DNA of 64,000 bases from Setoptus koraiensis (Eukaryota > Animalia > Arthropoda). This document shows positions 50,380 to 63,407 of the stretch, one piece after another (position 1 is the first letter of the stretch; each line of letters opens with the position of its first letter). The notes under the pieces are model-generated. The model searched no databases. It saw only the letters and a program-made list of their open reading frames with translations, and had not been told where the DNA came from. Both the position numbers and the translations under genes were made by a program. The stretch lies in contig CM106585.1 of NCBI GenBank assembly GCA_048013815.1, positions 18,848,001 through 18,912,000 on the forward strand. The letters run 5' to 3'.

Positions 50380-51870
50380 ATGATTAAGATGACCTCGGAC
50401 AGTCACAACCTGAAGACTCTTCTATCCGCAGAGCGCGCCGGAGCACTGTTTGCACCGTTTCGATCACGAACATCTAATGTGGACGGTTTCGACTCCAAAA
50501 TGAAACTCTGGATTGCAGCCATCGAGGAATGGCTAGTATCGAAAAATCAGCTCATATTCTGCCTCCATGATATACACCAGTCATTAATTTCCGACAACGG
50601 ACTCAAGCCAGACAAAGAATGTCTGAGACTAGTCATGAGTGAGATGAACCGTAGGTCTCTTATAGAAAACTTGGCCAATATACAAATGTCAGTGAACAGG
50701 GGCTCCAGTTGTGATCCATCGTATCTCGATCAGATTGTCGATCCAAACGGTTGGATCTATTGGGGAGTGAAGAATCTCATATGGAAACCTATCGAACGGG
50801 CATGCTCAATAGTTGCCGAAAATGCAAAAAAGACTCAAGATTTCTCAGATTTAATAGATAGAACTATTAAGGATCGGGATAGATTTATCTGTAAAAAATC
50901 AACAGATATTGTATCGGAAAAATTTCTAACGGAACTCACCAGAATCAGCAAAGCAGAAGAACAGACCTGCTTTGAATGGAAAAATCTATTTGAATTACTA
51001 GAGCCAATATTACCCACCATTGTTGTCATTGATACTTATTCGGAGCTCTCATTTACCTATGATTTTTTGATATTTTACTTGGTATCAAAAGAGAAAGTTA
51101 AAGTCTCGGAAGAGGGCAATTCTAAATTTATCAAAATATCCTGTTGTGATACAAGTCTATATCCAATTAAGGACGGTCTAGAAATAGGCGAGGCCGACAA
51201 AGCAATGGCTTTGCTGAAACGAGACAAAGAATCATTTACATTTGATTCGGATAGGCTAAGGCAAGAGGCCGAAGCTTGCAAGGTGGAGGCGTGTAGCTAT
51301 TATAATACTTACAAACGTAGTCAAAGTGCTTCAGCTAAGGTCAAGGCTCTGAGAAGTTTTAGGAGATATGATAATTTAAATAAGAAGGCTGAATCTAAAG
51401 AAAATCTGCTTATCAAAGTAGAATCGCTTATTCAAACACTAAAAGATACCATTTCAAATGAGTCAACATTTGAAGGCATGAGGGCTTTCAACGCGGCAAT
51501 GAAAAAATATGACGATATGAAGGATGAGGTACGCGAAGTGACCGAAGAAAACGATCAACTAATCAGGCGAACAGACCAGCAAAAAAGCGAAGTCGACACA
51601 ACCTTAGAAGAAGCTAACAACGAAGATGCATTCGATTCAGAGGATGAAGAGCTACTGAAGGAACTAGAAGCTTACAAAGAAGAACAATCTTCCATCCCTG
51701 ACGTAGCCGCCAAAGACCCTAATCCAGCTAAAACCGATCAAACATGGGATACACTTGGCGAGCGTCTCGGAAGTCTCAACATATGTGAAGAAGAATTGAA
51801 GGATTCATCAGTTAGACAATCAAGCCCAATTAAAAGTCGAGTCAAGCAGGCAATGGTGTCTAATAATTGA
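50380..51870 (+). CDS. CHMP7: Charged multivesicular body protein 7 (ESCRT-II/III hybrid)
   Basis: N-terminal LFAPFRSRTSNVDGFDSKMKLWIAAIEEW is typical of CHMP7, and the C-terminal half is Snf7-like coiled coil with an acidic tail (DSEDEELLKELE). ATG at 50380 (or 50389) lies just after a likely 5'UTR-intron acceptor at 50378. Confidence 0.85.
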   Translation: MIKMTSDSHNLKTLLSAERAGALFAPFRSRTSNVDGFDSKMKLWIAAIEEWLVSKNQLIFCLHDIHQSLISDNGLKPDKECLRLVMSEMNRRSLIENLANIQMSVNRGSSCDPSYLDQIVDPNGWIYWGVKNLIWKPIERACSIVAENAKKTQDFSDLIDRTIKDRDRFICKKSTDIVSEKFLTELTRISKAEEQTCFEWKNLFELLEPILPTIVVIDTYSELSFTYDFLIFYLVSKEKVKVSEEGNSKFIKISCCDTSLYPIKDGLEIGEADKAMALLKRDKESFTFDSDRLRQEAEACKVEACSYYNTYKRSQSASAKVKALRSFRRYDNLNKKAESKENLLIKVESLIQTLKDTISNESTFEGMRAFNAAMKKYDDMKDEVREVTEENDQLIRRTDQQKSEVDTTLEEANNEDAFDSEDEELLKELEAYKEEQSSIPDVAAKDPNPAKTDQTWDTLGERLGSLNICEEELKDSSVRQSSPIKSRVKQAMVSNN

Positions 51871-52050
51871 AATGTCGCAAATCTTTATATTATGTCTATC
51901 TGTGAGAAAGTGCCATAATAGACTTATAGTGGCGTTGCGTAATTATTAATGGGTCATGGATGATTCACGTTTTTGTTCCCTTAAAATAAATGATATATAA
52001 TTTCTAATGTTTAAAATAATAAAAGTATGAATTATTACAAATCGTAACAA

Positions 52051-52539
52051 TCACGCTGTTCTCTTTATTATATGTATTCCTGAATCAGTCTCTACAACTT
52101 CACTTAGTTGTCCAACATCCAAATTGAAGCTGGCCTCCTCGAAGGGTTTTTGCATTTGGCCACGAGAAAAGAATCCTAGATCGCCACCTTTTTTAGCCGA
52201 TGAACAATCAGAGTACTTTTGTGCCAAATCTTCAAATAGCTCCTCACCGGAGACAATTTTTTCTCGATATTCCATGACTAATTTTTTAGCCTCGTCCATG
52301 GTTCGAGTAATGTTGTCTTCTCTCCAACTAGAGGGCCTTCTACTGCCCTTGTGTTTGACTAATAAATGAGATGCCCTCACCTTGGATGACATAGTCTGGG
52401 CCTCATCAGCTGAGGGCGGTTCCCATTGAGAACTACCTGTATAGAAATTGAAGTAGTATGTGCGACCGTTTGATCGAGATTGTCTTACTTCCCAGCCTGC
52501 GGGCAAGTCAGTAGCATCAGTATTTTCGTGATCGGCCAT
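52051..52539 (-). CDS. Pin1: Peptidyl-prolyl isomerase Pin1/dodo (WW + parvulin)
   Basis: WW domain [31 protein letters not shown]; parvulin motifs [35 protein letters not shown] and GIHIIKRT. Confidence 0.97.
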   Translation of the reverse strand: MADHENTDATDLPAGWEVRQSRSNGRTYYFNFYTGSSQWEPPSADEAQTMSSKVRASHLLVKHKGSRRPSSWREDNITRTMDEAKKLVMEYREKIVSGEELFEDLAQKYSDCSSAKKGGDLGFFSRGQMQKPFEEASFNLDVGQLSEVVETDSGIHIIKRTA

Positions 52540-54210
52540 GCTTGATATGATGCTGTAGCAGTTAATAATCTATGAATTTATCCTGTCTTGATGTGTATGT
52601 CAAAGAGATGAACAATCAGGGAGCAGTATTGATTGTTTCTATGTTTGATCCAATTGCTTTGTCAAATTTTCGTTTGTCTGTTGCAGATCTCTGTCACATG
52701 GAATTATCGACTGATTTGTTTGGCGATTTTTCAGGTGGCGAACGAAGATATCAACACTAGCAACAGTAGCAAAGATGTTTGCAACGTTTATGACGACACT
52801 GGAGACAAGTCAAGGTATCTCAATAACGCCGTAAATTCAATGAGGAGACGAGATAGTTACCTGTGATTGTAAGTGAAAAGTGATTATTATAACATGCCAT
52901 GTGATGCCGACTATACCTATATTATCAAATGTCATATCATATGGTTGCGTCGCTCTTTTGTGTGCCTGTGTGTGCGTGCGTTAGTCTTGAGCATCACAGG
53001 CGAACGAGTGCACTTTCCCCCTTGACAAACGATTCTCGTTTGAGAATCTCTTGTGATTTAAAATTGTCAGCGCCGTCAAATTGTCAGTCGACACTCTGAC
53101 AAACACTCTTGTGAGCTAGCAAACTTGTTGAAAGTGTCAACCCCGATGATTCGATCTCACAGTGTTGCCTTCAATTACGCATCAATTCGATTTCGTCCGG
53201 ACAATGATCAAACAACGGCCATCGGGCCTCTTCTTGAGCGCCTCAGTCCGGCACGGTCATTTGTTGGGATACAGGTCACGTTGGTTCGGAAAACAAAAAC
53301 CTAAATGGATTGTGACAAAACAAAACTTGACAACTTGTGCTCACATTGGAACGATTACTTCTCAAGTTCACCACCTACACGAGCACCAGTGTTGGTTCGG
53401 AACCGGCGCGTCTCCCACATCGACAGTTCTATCTCAAATAATGTCTCGAAATAATGTCCAGTCTTGCCACCAACCAATTAGAGGCCTGTCAACATGTCTG
53501 TCAGATATTTGTCGAATGACTGGACAAATGACGGTTGTAATGAATGTGACGCAACACCGGTGTGTTTATACTAACACAAAAGACTTGACATGTGATTTAC
53601 GCGCAACTATTTTCGCGCGCCAATTTCGAACATTTTGACGCATCGGGCGTGAATAGTTGGGCGAACCGAATCCACCGATGACTTGGGGTCCAATTCGGGG
53701 TTACTTTTGGACCGAACAAGTTGGACGGTGTTGCTCCTTGTTGATCATCTGCAGCGATGGGTTCATTAATATCAAAGTGATACCAATGAGTTGCTGCCGG
53801 TTAATCGTTGCAATGTAACAATGTTCAGGCAATTGGGCCAGATAGGATGCTTGGCTGAGCACTTGTCCGGGGCGCGCATCCCTTTTTCTCTTATTAATCA
53901 GAGGCAATTTGCCATAGATGGACAGAGATAAATTGAACTGAGTATGCATCAGTAAATAGACTGATTCGGCGCGATCATTTAGTATTTAGTGCCGGGCGGC
54001 GTTGGTGGCGTTTTTTGTGGGGGCCCGGGCCGGGTTGTTTGGAGCACCAATGATAAACACCATTAAACACCTAATGATGCCGGCCAGACAGCGGGCCCCC
54101 AGAGACGCTGTTGTAACAAAAAGTAAGAGTATTCTTGTTCTCGTTGACCAGATCTCGTCGAGCTGGGCCCACGATACAAGCGGGCGACTACGGCGACTGC
54201 TGAACTGGGG

Positions 54211-54297
54211 CAATTCGCACAATTCGGACAGTTCGCACAATTCGGACAGTTCGGACAATTCCTACAATTCCGACAATGCCGACAGTAGTGACAGTAC
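54211..54297. repeat. 9-bp minisatellite, progressively degenerating
   Basis: Units ACAATTCGG/ACAGTTCGC, about 9-10 copies decaying rightwards. Confidence 0.85.
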
Positions 54298-57200
54298 TGA
54301 AAATAGAGGAGCGAATAACGGAAAGGCAATTGATCATTGCCATAACTAAACGGGCGCGTGCCGGGCGAAAGAGCAGTTAACAGCAAAATGTGAACGGTCA
54401 CATAATATTTGCGGATACACCGACAAGAACAGGATTTTTGCGATATTGCGAGCGCCATTTGCTAAGACTCGTTTACATCATTGGTGGTCGTCTCAATCAA
54501 TCATTCTTCATTTTGTTTGTTTGTGCACTGTCGGTGATACTTTTGGCACAACAGACAGACAGACAGAGCTAATACAACACGTACAAGTAGCGCGTAATAA
54601 TATAATTATCGCTCTCTCCTCCAGTCATCAGTGAACTGTCACGCTGGCGTCTCATCGCGGTCGTCTGATTACGAGAGCTAGGGCTTCTTTCACTGGAGCG
54701 AATGCGTTAAGATGATCGACATAAATGTATCGTGGATGGATAAAAGGGGCGCTGGCGGCCGCGATAATAATGCTAGTTATCATGGTATTATATCGCACGA
54801 TATCGATTAAATTATGGCGACGGGCTGCTGGCTAGGAATCGTTTATTAAAACGCTTGCTCGTGTTGTGGCCCGTGCAAGTGGTTGTGTGAACAGGGCGCC
54901 GTCAAGTCGCTAATCAACATGAGAACGACATTTAGTTTGGGCGACAATTTAGATAAGACGGGTTTAGTTTGGTTGAGCAGTGGTAGGTGCGTGGGGCCCG
55001 GCTAGAAGTGACCCAATTGCAGTGAATAGATCGACTCAAATGAGCGAAAATGTGTCCATGGTGCCATCTAGTATTTCATGTCGCGCTCGCCGGCTGTATT
55101 ATATAATATGAGGAGGACAAGTGCAAGTCGAGTTGAGTCGTTGGTCGCCGGAAGGAAACGCGAGACACTGATCATCTTAACCGGCGCCCGAGTGAGTTTT
55201 GCATGCAGGCGATTAGCTGGCGCTGCTGGTAGCTGCATGGTTGCATAAACAACACGACGATTGATGGGCGCCCCGTTATTTGGGCGACCTCATCATCGTC
55301 GTCGGGCCCAAGTGAGCCGGCAATGTCGTCGCTGGCTGGCCGATATGTCGCCGGTTATTATACTTGCGCCGGCTGTATGCAGTTTGTAAGTGTTGGCTCT
55401 GGCGCATAAGAATGCCACCAAGAAATGCTATTACCATAATGGTGGTGGCTGGCGATCACTTTGTTATTGTCCGAACAGTTTGAACGGTTATTGTGTGTAT
55501 TCGGGCCAGCAAGTGTAATCGCCATACGATAGACGACACACACACACACACTCGTGACGCAACGATCGTCGTGATGAATCATTTCAGTTGACTGCGCCCC
55601 CTATATCTATCTATATATACATGGTTGTATATATATTTTTATAAATATAGATATAAACTCAATCTTTGCTCGCATCTCATTACTGGCGCCTCGCGTCTTG
55701 CCAGCAACATGCTGGCCAATGTAGCCAGCGTGTCGCTGGGATGATGATCCGATTGTCATCGCACATGCCAGAGCGTTCAGTGGCGATGGGCACGCCAGAG
55801 ATCATGAATGAATTAATCGCCATGAATAGGGCAATAAATCACTGTTACTAGTTGGCGAGATGTGTGCACCTTCAATTTCTCTGACCAGACAACTGCAGCA
55901 CCAACAACAACAGCGGCAACAACAACAACAGCAACAGCTACGACAACAAAGAGAATTGCCGTTTGTTCTTTTGGTGGTGTTGTGGTTGGTGTTGTTGTTG
56001 CTGATGCTGATGTGCTCACATGAGTGTCTAATACTCACACTTTTTGATGCTCATGATGCTAATTCACAAACACACTCGCTATTATGTAATACTGTCTGTG
56101 TCTCTGGCAGTATGTTTATGTGAGCGATACATGTCTATAGCTGGGCGAACGAGAACGAGAATGGGGGGCCGCGCGCGAATTGTTTACGAAGTACTTTCAC
56201 TTCGAGAATGAGATTATCCGGCGGAATCTCTTTTTGTTGTTGCTGGTAACCACTCACAAGGGCGCTGTCTACCACCATACAAGCACACTAGAATGCACTG
56301 GAATGGAATAGAGTGAGCTCCATTCTCTACATCACACCGAGACATTTCATATTATCATGTGAATGATAGGATTATCAGAGTGACACACACACACACACAC
56401 ACACGCGACACAAAATAACTGTCATCGTGTTTGTTGTTGATGATTCTTGGAATTCAAGTCACACACGCAAATTCTCGAATATTGTGTGCTCCGCTTACAA
56501 TGTGTGACAAACAAGCAGCTCGACAACGATCTCAGGCTCGGCAAAGAGTGGCGACTTGTGTAACCCTTCTGAGAACAATCATCTTTGATTCGCAGCAACA
56601 ACAGCGCCAGCAACACCACCAACAACAACGACATCAACAACAACAACAACAACAGCAACAGCGACAACGTCGACGGCAGGGCAAAACGGTCGCCGCGTGT
56701 GTCAGAGCCGGGCCAGTCATTTGCTAACAAGTAAGTCGAATACGACACAGTTAACACCGACACCGACGCCGACAACGATCAACGGGCAAACAAGTTACGT
56801 GAGGCGTAGAGCAAACGTGTGCCCAATCACTCACTAATGAGTCTGGCGCTAGTTGCCCGGCGAAGTTTCAAGTAACAAGTGCACAAGTAACGAGCCCAAC
56901 GGGTGACACAATAATTGAATTGCTCTCAATAAGATGCACTATACGCATTTGCCATTGATATGGTGAGTTTTACGCAACAGTATTGTGACGCAACAGTATC
57001 GCACCCAACATGCACTAGAGGGCACCCGATTCAGGGCTAAATAAACTGAATAAACTGACTGTATCAAGACGATGAGAGAGTGAGAGACGAGATTGTGGCG
57101 TGCTGCAGACTGCGCAAGCGAGATGGGGGCCTCCAGTCGCAAAATAATTGCAAAACCCGCGCTGGCCCTCGCTGGCACAGTATGGCTGACGACGCTAGGG

Positions 57201-58536
57201 GGACTGGATAAACACAACGACAATTCTATTGAGCTTCGAATGCGCTCACTTACGCAACACTGTATTCAGTGTTGTTGCTCTAAATTGTGTGTCGCTGAAA
57301 ATTACAACACAACGACTACTCAACTATTCATACTGTTATAGGCCCGGCGCTGTTGGCCTCTTTTTTTTTGTACGACCACCATCAACGAGCATTGAATTGT
57401 GGCCATCGGATCGATGGTGATCAAACTCGATTTTCATTGCATCGATGGGCCAACAATGTGTGGGCCCATCGGACAAAATGACGATTTTTGCCGTAAGCCT
57501 CATTGGGCACAAACACACACACACACACACACACACGCACCGTTATAAGTTATGTAATAATAGATATTTGCTCTCTATCCGGCGGCGATCGTCGTCGTGT
57601 GTCGTGTCCATTGTATGTTCAAATCTAGTTGATTGTATGACCAACTGGCCCTGAATGAAATGTGCTGCCGGCAAGTTAAGCCGGCCAAGCTGCAATAATC
57701 GGCTGACACGTTTCACAGTCATTGTGTTGCTGTCCGACACAAATCCACACGTAAAACGAGGTTTGTTCTTGGGGCCGTACGCACACAATTGATGAAATGG
57801 CACAATAGCCACCACTTACAACAGTGTCGGTCTAGCAAGATGGCAGAGGATAATTCTAAATTTAGCCACTAGAAAGCTATCAATAGCTAGATATCAATAG
57901 CTCTCTAGATGACAGTCGTAACCGCACAGTCGTTTTTGGTTTGATGACATTCAATATTGGACACTCCAAATGGCCACCAATCTCGGCGAGTTGCAGTAAT
58001 CAAGTTAGATATTGCAAGCACAAAAATCTGTTAGTCATGTTTGATTTCCAGTGATAACGTTGGGATAATATCGCAATATCGCCGTGCCTATTCAATGGTG
58101 GCCAGGGGGTGACCTTTTCACCATCGGTTAGCCATCGAGGTTTTTGGCAGCGATGCCAGCACCTACTGAACCATTGAAAATTATACCCGACATACACCTG
58201 TCATGTGAACAATGCTGTGGATACGATTATCGGCTGCCATAATTCATCTATAGGCTCTGACGAATTTCCTCACTAATTGACAAACAGAGAAAAAATGAAA
58301 CGGCTCGGCCCGAATTGTGGCAAGTTACAAACTCAAATTGAGTTCCCAACCAACGCGAAAACATGGCCGCTCGTGCTGATGCGAGGAGAGATGCATTGGC
58401 CGGCCCGGTCGGATTTGCAATTTATATGGTTTCGTCGCTTAAAGCCCAAGAATAAATCACATAGAGAAAAATTCAAATATTGCTCGTTTTCACTTTGTCG
58501 TCAGAGAATGGCATTTCACTTAAACCTCCCCTAACC

Positions 58537-58595
58537 TTTCGTCCCATCGAAACTATTTCCGTCCTATCGAAACTGTTTTCGTCCTGTTCGAACTC
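58537..58595. repeat. ~20-bp repeat x3
   Basis: TTTCGTCCYATCGAAACTR-like units. Confidence 0.7.
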
Positions 58596-60430
58596 ATCCG
58601 TTCGAGTTTCGCCAAACTTCCTCCGGGCCTCGGAGAAAAAATCGCAAAACTAATTTCGGTAAACATCGGTGCTGGGAAATTTCGGGTGAAACCAATCTGA
58701 AAGTTCATCGCCGACCTTGCTCCACAGACAACGAATGCACTGCAGTTCAGCGGGCGCATTCGCGGATGCCATTCAACAACGATTCTGACCAACAGGAACC
58801 GGCTCCCAGAATAGCGATTAGTTGAATAGTTGATATAGCTGGCCTCTGCTGGAATGCCACGAATAATCCACATACAAAAATAGGTGAACAACGGGCTGGC
58901 CAGCTTGGCACAACCATTTAGTTACATGACATTATGATATTGCCAATGGAAATTTTAGATTTTTTTCCCGAAATTTTTTTAAAGTTTTTTTTTTCCGAAA
59001 AAAATCTAAAATTTTCATCGGCAAAGGGCGAAGGTGAGGGGCGATTGCTGCAACGTGGTAATAGTTGGCGAATTGCCCGTGCTGACAATCAGGTTGCTGG
59101 CTGGCTGGCTGGCTGGCTCGATGGCCCGAAATGGCGCTCGGTCGGTTTGGTCGGGGCCCACTAAATACTCACTCAATAACATCTGAGCGCCTTGTCCAGG
59201 TGGCTAAGCAAATCTCAAACGATGTGGTTTTGTTGGGCCGTTAGTGACGATTATTATCAGCGAACGACGTAATGTGTGATGCGAACTAACAACGACATTT
59301 CTATTTGTCGGACAACTCGATGACAATGCGCAATGTCATGCGAGTTGCGCGTTGTATCGCGCCACGAATATTCTTGCGGATAATTGCGAGCGGCCACTGT
59401 CTGTCAGCATTTCCAATGCCGATCCTTTGAATGCTGCGTTGTCGCCAGGTTTAAATTAGATCCCAGCAAACTGATTAGCCGAGGGCTCGATTACGAGACG
59501 ACGAAAACGCGTGCTTTCGAGAGCAACTCAATTTATTTTGCTCACCCATTCTCACCGAAAAACTTTTTACGTCTGCCCCTCGAATGGCCGGCGACTAACT
59601 AAGGTCCAATTTGGACGTTACTTACATGGGGCCTGTAACGGGATCAGATTTCGGGGGGCCCAATTGTGCAGCCGAGGCACAGTTTTACTTCTAGTGAAAT
59701 GCAATCAGCACTTGCCAGTGATTCGGACATGCTGGCGCTATTTTTGTGTTTGTTAGTTGGTTGTGCGTGCTGAATTTACTTTCACGTGTTTTGCGTGCTT
59801 ATAACGCGTGTTGTGAGAACGTTTTTTCGCTCATAAACTTTTTGCCAGCTTACAATATGTGTCTGCTATAGTAGAATAGTCAGACGACGAAACGACCAAA
59901 AGAAACGACCAAAAAGTAAGACCTCTAGCGGTTGCAGTTGTCGTGTGTGTTCAAATAGAGATTGAGGCCATTAATTTTTCAACTTTTGAACTTTGAACAA
60001 CAGTTGAGCAGGGGAAAATATTTGTCGTTAGTTTTTCTTCAAAAAAAGGGGCCACTCACGACCGGCTAGCCGATAGTCGTCAACAATCGATTCTAACAAG
60101 TTGCCATGTCTAGACGAGAATTTCGTGCGCACAGTGGGCCTCAACTTTCGTGCTACATGCCGCTGATACTGCCAGTAAACGGTTACTAATTAATTCCGCA
60201 TTCGGATGCTGGCTTAGAGGGGCACAGAGTTGCGAAGCAGACAAGCGGCGGGGCCCCACAGAGCCGAGCAGAGGCGAGTGAATGCATTAATGGAGATCTT
60301 GACGGGGGAAACTTGCACGAATTCGCAAACTTGGTCTCGATGTCCGCGGTGAATTTCGTCACTATTTCGCAACGCCGTTGTGGCTCTTGTCGCGTATGCG
60401 ACCGGGCCGGTGCCGGTGATCGCGGCATGC

Positions 60431-60500
60431 ATGAACGGGCGAGATCGGGCAATTGCGGGCGGAATCGGGCGAGATCGGGCAATTGCGGGCGAGATCGGGC
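60431..60500 (+). repeat. 10-bp period GGG-N7 array (7 units)
   Basis: Units GAGATCGGGC / AATTGCGGGC / GGAATCGGGC. Confidence 0.9.
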
Positions 60501-62214
60501 GATCGCGGCAGGTCACAACGTCGCTCAATGGACCAATCAAAAACAATTAGGAGGCAATAATAGCATAATAACAATTACAGCCGCCGCGACGATATTCGCC
60601 CACTCGAATTGGTCAACTTATTGCAGCAGCGCGCAGTGTCCGGCTGGCTCATTGGCCCACTGACCGACGGGCCGGCCAAATGGGGCCCCTAATGACAGCC
60701 GAAATTCCCGGGAACAGCCCGCCGCAGCAGCTACTTGCGGTCTAGTCCAGCCTGACAAGCTTGGGCCCGACAAGCGGTTGTGTGTGTTGGCCCCAGATTT
60801 GGGCGCCATCATACGGTGGTACTGAATTTATTATTTGTCTACTGAACGCTGGCTGGCTGGCTGGCTGGCCTGTTTGTTGTCATGTTTACCGTTGCAGCAG
60901 CGCGGCTAGTTGCGGCGCCACGAGCACACCACAACAGCTGATGCCCAAATAGCAAGTTGGGGCCCCCACTGGCACCCATTGCTGGCTGGCTGGCTGGCTG
61001 GCTGCATGCACGATATCGCGTATCCCGGATGGATGGAAATGGCGCAAAAATAACAAACAAGCTGCATCGGCCAGCAAACAAACAGCGCCACTCTTGTTTT
61101 GAGCGGGGCCCACTCTAAACAAGATGTGACCCCATATTATATATCGCTTGTGTGTGTGTGTATCGGTAACAAAGGCCTCTCCCGAGAGTGTTGGCTGCAA
61201 GTCTGTGCAACTATCAAAGCCCGCAAACAACGGATATCTGCTCCGTCGGTCGGGGCCCGCTCCCTCGCTCCCTTTCTCCCTTTCTGTCTTGCTGAGTGGC
61301 CCGGCATCCACTTGCTGTCTTGCCGCGATCCGATCAGATGGGGCGCCCCTTAGAAAGGGGGGGCCCCTTTCGAAATGGTGGCTTTCTTATCGGCCTCGCA
61401 TCGACTAAATAGCCCGCAGACAGGCCGCCATTGTGTGCGTAATCCCGGCCAGCTTACGCTCTGGCGGCATGAATGGGGCCCGTGGCTGCCGGTCGCCATC
61501 AACTGCCACCATTTACTATTAAGTGGTAATCAATATTTGCCCCTTTCTAATCTAACCGTCTTCGTCTTCTTTTCACTCATCAGCGCGCGCACTTTGCGAA
61601 TGCTCGCCAATCACGAGTCGTGATATCTCGAATAAAAGGTGATGTCTGCGCGATTATGGAAGCCGATTCGTATCGCCAATCATTTGCCATATTATTGCCG
61701 GCCCTCTCATTCTCAATATGGCTGGCCAATAATATGGCCGGGCAATAATATGGCTGGGCAAGAAGCCAGAAAGTTGGTCGGTCGAATGGCCGCGTTCGAC
61801 GGCCGCATCGATTGCGCCCACGAGCGAGAAGTCAATCAGAGCGACAGTAGCGCCCCGAAAGGAACGTTGGGGCGAGTTTGTGGGCCCGAGTCAATAAAAA
61901 TCATTCGTTTGGGCTCTTTTTGGAAATTGTCGCCACCGCTTATGCCCACAGTAAAACTCGAGTCTGTCTGCGCGCAAGTGCATTTTATTGTCTTTTTTCT
62001 CGCGAGCCCGGCTCTCCAATTCATTTGGCGAGGTTGTAAATTATATCGACCGGGACCATTGACCCAAAATGATATCTCTCGGTATCGCGAGAGCGATTTC
62101 ACGCCGGAGAATTCGCGTAAACGATTTGCGGCGCACATGCGGCAGTATGATAATGAGCGAACAGTATATAGCGAATAGATAACGCCGCCACCGTCTCCAG
62201 TCTGTCTGGCGTCT

Positions 62215-62280
62215 CAGCCGGCCATTCGGCCGGCGATTCAGTCGGCAATTCGGTCGGCGATCCGGGCGGCGATTCGGCGG
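62215..62280. repeat. Degenerate 12-bp repeat (CGGCGATTCGGT-like)
   Basis: About five degenerate units. Confidence 0.65.
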
Positions 62281-62427
62281 AAACCGACTGTCGCAGTCGC
62301 AGGAAATGAATTTCATTTTCATTCATTTCGTCCCATACGTCGGGCACAAAATGAATTAAATTCGGGCGGCGGGCGGGTTTTTTCCCATTCTCCAGATTGG
62401 CCCAAATTGGCGCGACATTTCAGTTGG

Positions 62428-62566
62428 TTTCTTCGGGTTTCTCCAGGTTTCTTCGGGTTTCTCCGGGTTTCTTCGGGTTTCTCCGGGTTTCTTCGGGTTT
62501 CTTCGGGTTTCTTCGGGTTTCTCCGGGTTTCTTCGGGTTTCTCCGGGTTTCTTCGGGTTTCTCGGG
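62428..62566 (+). repeat. 10-bp satellite TTTCTYCGGG x~14
   Basis: Mostly alternating TTTCTTCGGG and TTTCTCCGGG units, ending in GGGCCCC. Confidence 0.95.
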
Positions 62567-63350
62567 CCCCTGCGAGTCACAAGTTGTGACCGTTAGCTGC
62601 TCGCAGCGCGGCCCATCAAAAATCGATGATCAAATATGCGATTCGGCCATCGCGGCCGCAACTTGACCCGTGCAATATGGGCCGCGCCATCATGAGTCAG
62701 CCGATAACGATACCTATATCGATTGGGGCCCGACTTGTGGAGAGAGCGAGCGCGGGATAATTGATCGGCCAAGAAGTCATAACTCATGGGTGGTCGGCGG
62801 CCTCGGTCGGGCCCGCTTCATTTAAACTGAGTGAGTGACGGAGCGTGGCTGCCGGACCGTTCGCGGCACCACCTTCCACTCGCGGCCCCCTGAAGTGGCG
62901 ACAGCGAGCCGGGATTTTTCGCGCACTGGCGTCATGAGTGCGCTGAGGGGCCGACTCCAATCAACTAAATCAATCGCTTCGTTAGATTGGATTGACCCGT
63001 CCAACTGGCACACACACACACACTGGATAATGGATGATTGATGCTAGACGCTGGCGAGATGCCGTTGCGATACCGGACACTTTGGCACGGGTCAGTGTCC
63101 AATGTTTGGCCGAGCCGAACATTGGGGGCCCGCGCTGACCCGAAACAGTTGCTGGGCCCACGGACATGTCATTGTATTATTATGTTATCTATCATGCCGT
63201 GGCTGGTCGCGACAACCAGTGTGGCCAGTGCGTGCTTGTTGTGACAAGTCGAGAGGGGAACGTGGTCAGATTAAAATTAAATATTGATTATCACTTTATG
63301 ATTATGACCTATTAGCTGATTGTTATTCGCGTGCGTCGCACAAACACGAC

Positions 63351-63407
63351 ACAATGGCACAAACAGGGCACAATGGCACAAACAGGGCACAATGGCACAA
63401 ACAGGAC
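63351..63407. repeat. 19-bp minisatellite x3
   Basis: ACAATGGCACAAACAGGGC x2 plus one variant copy. Confidence 0.9.

Noticed and set aside
62428-62566. Tandem arrays as CRISPR-like repeats
   Set aside because: There are no unique spacers, no cas genes, and the context is eukaryotic.
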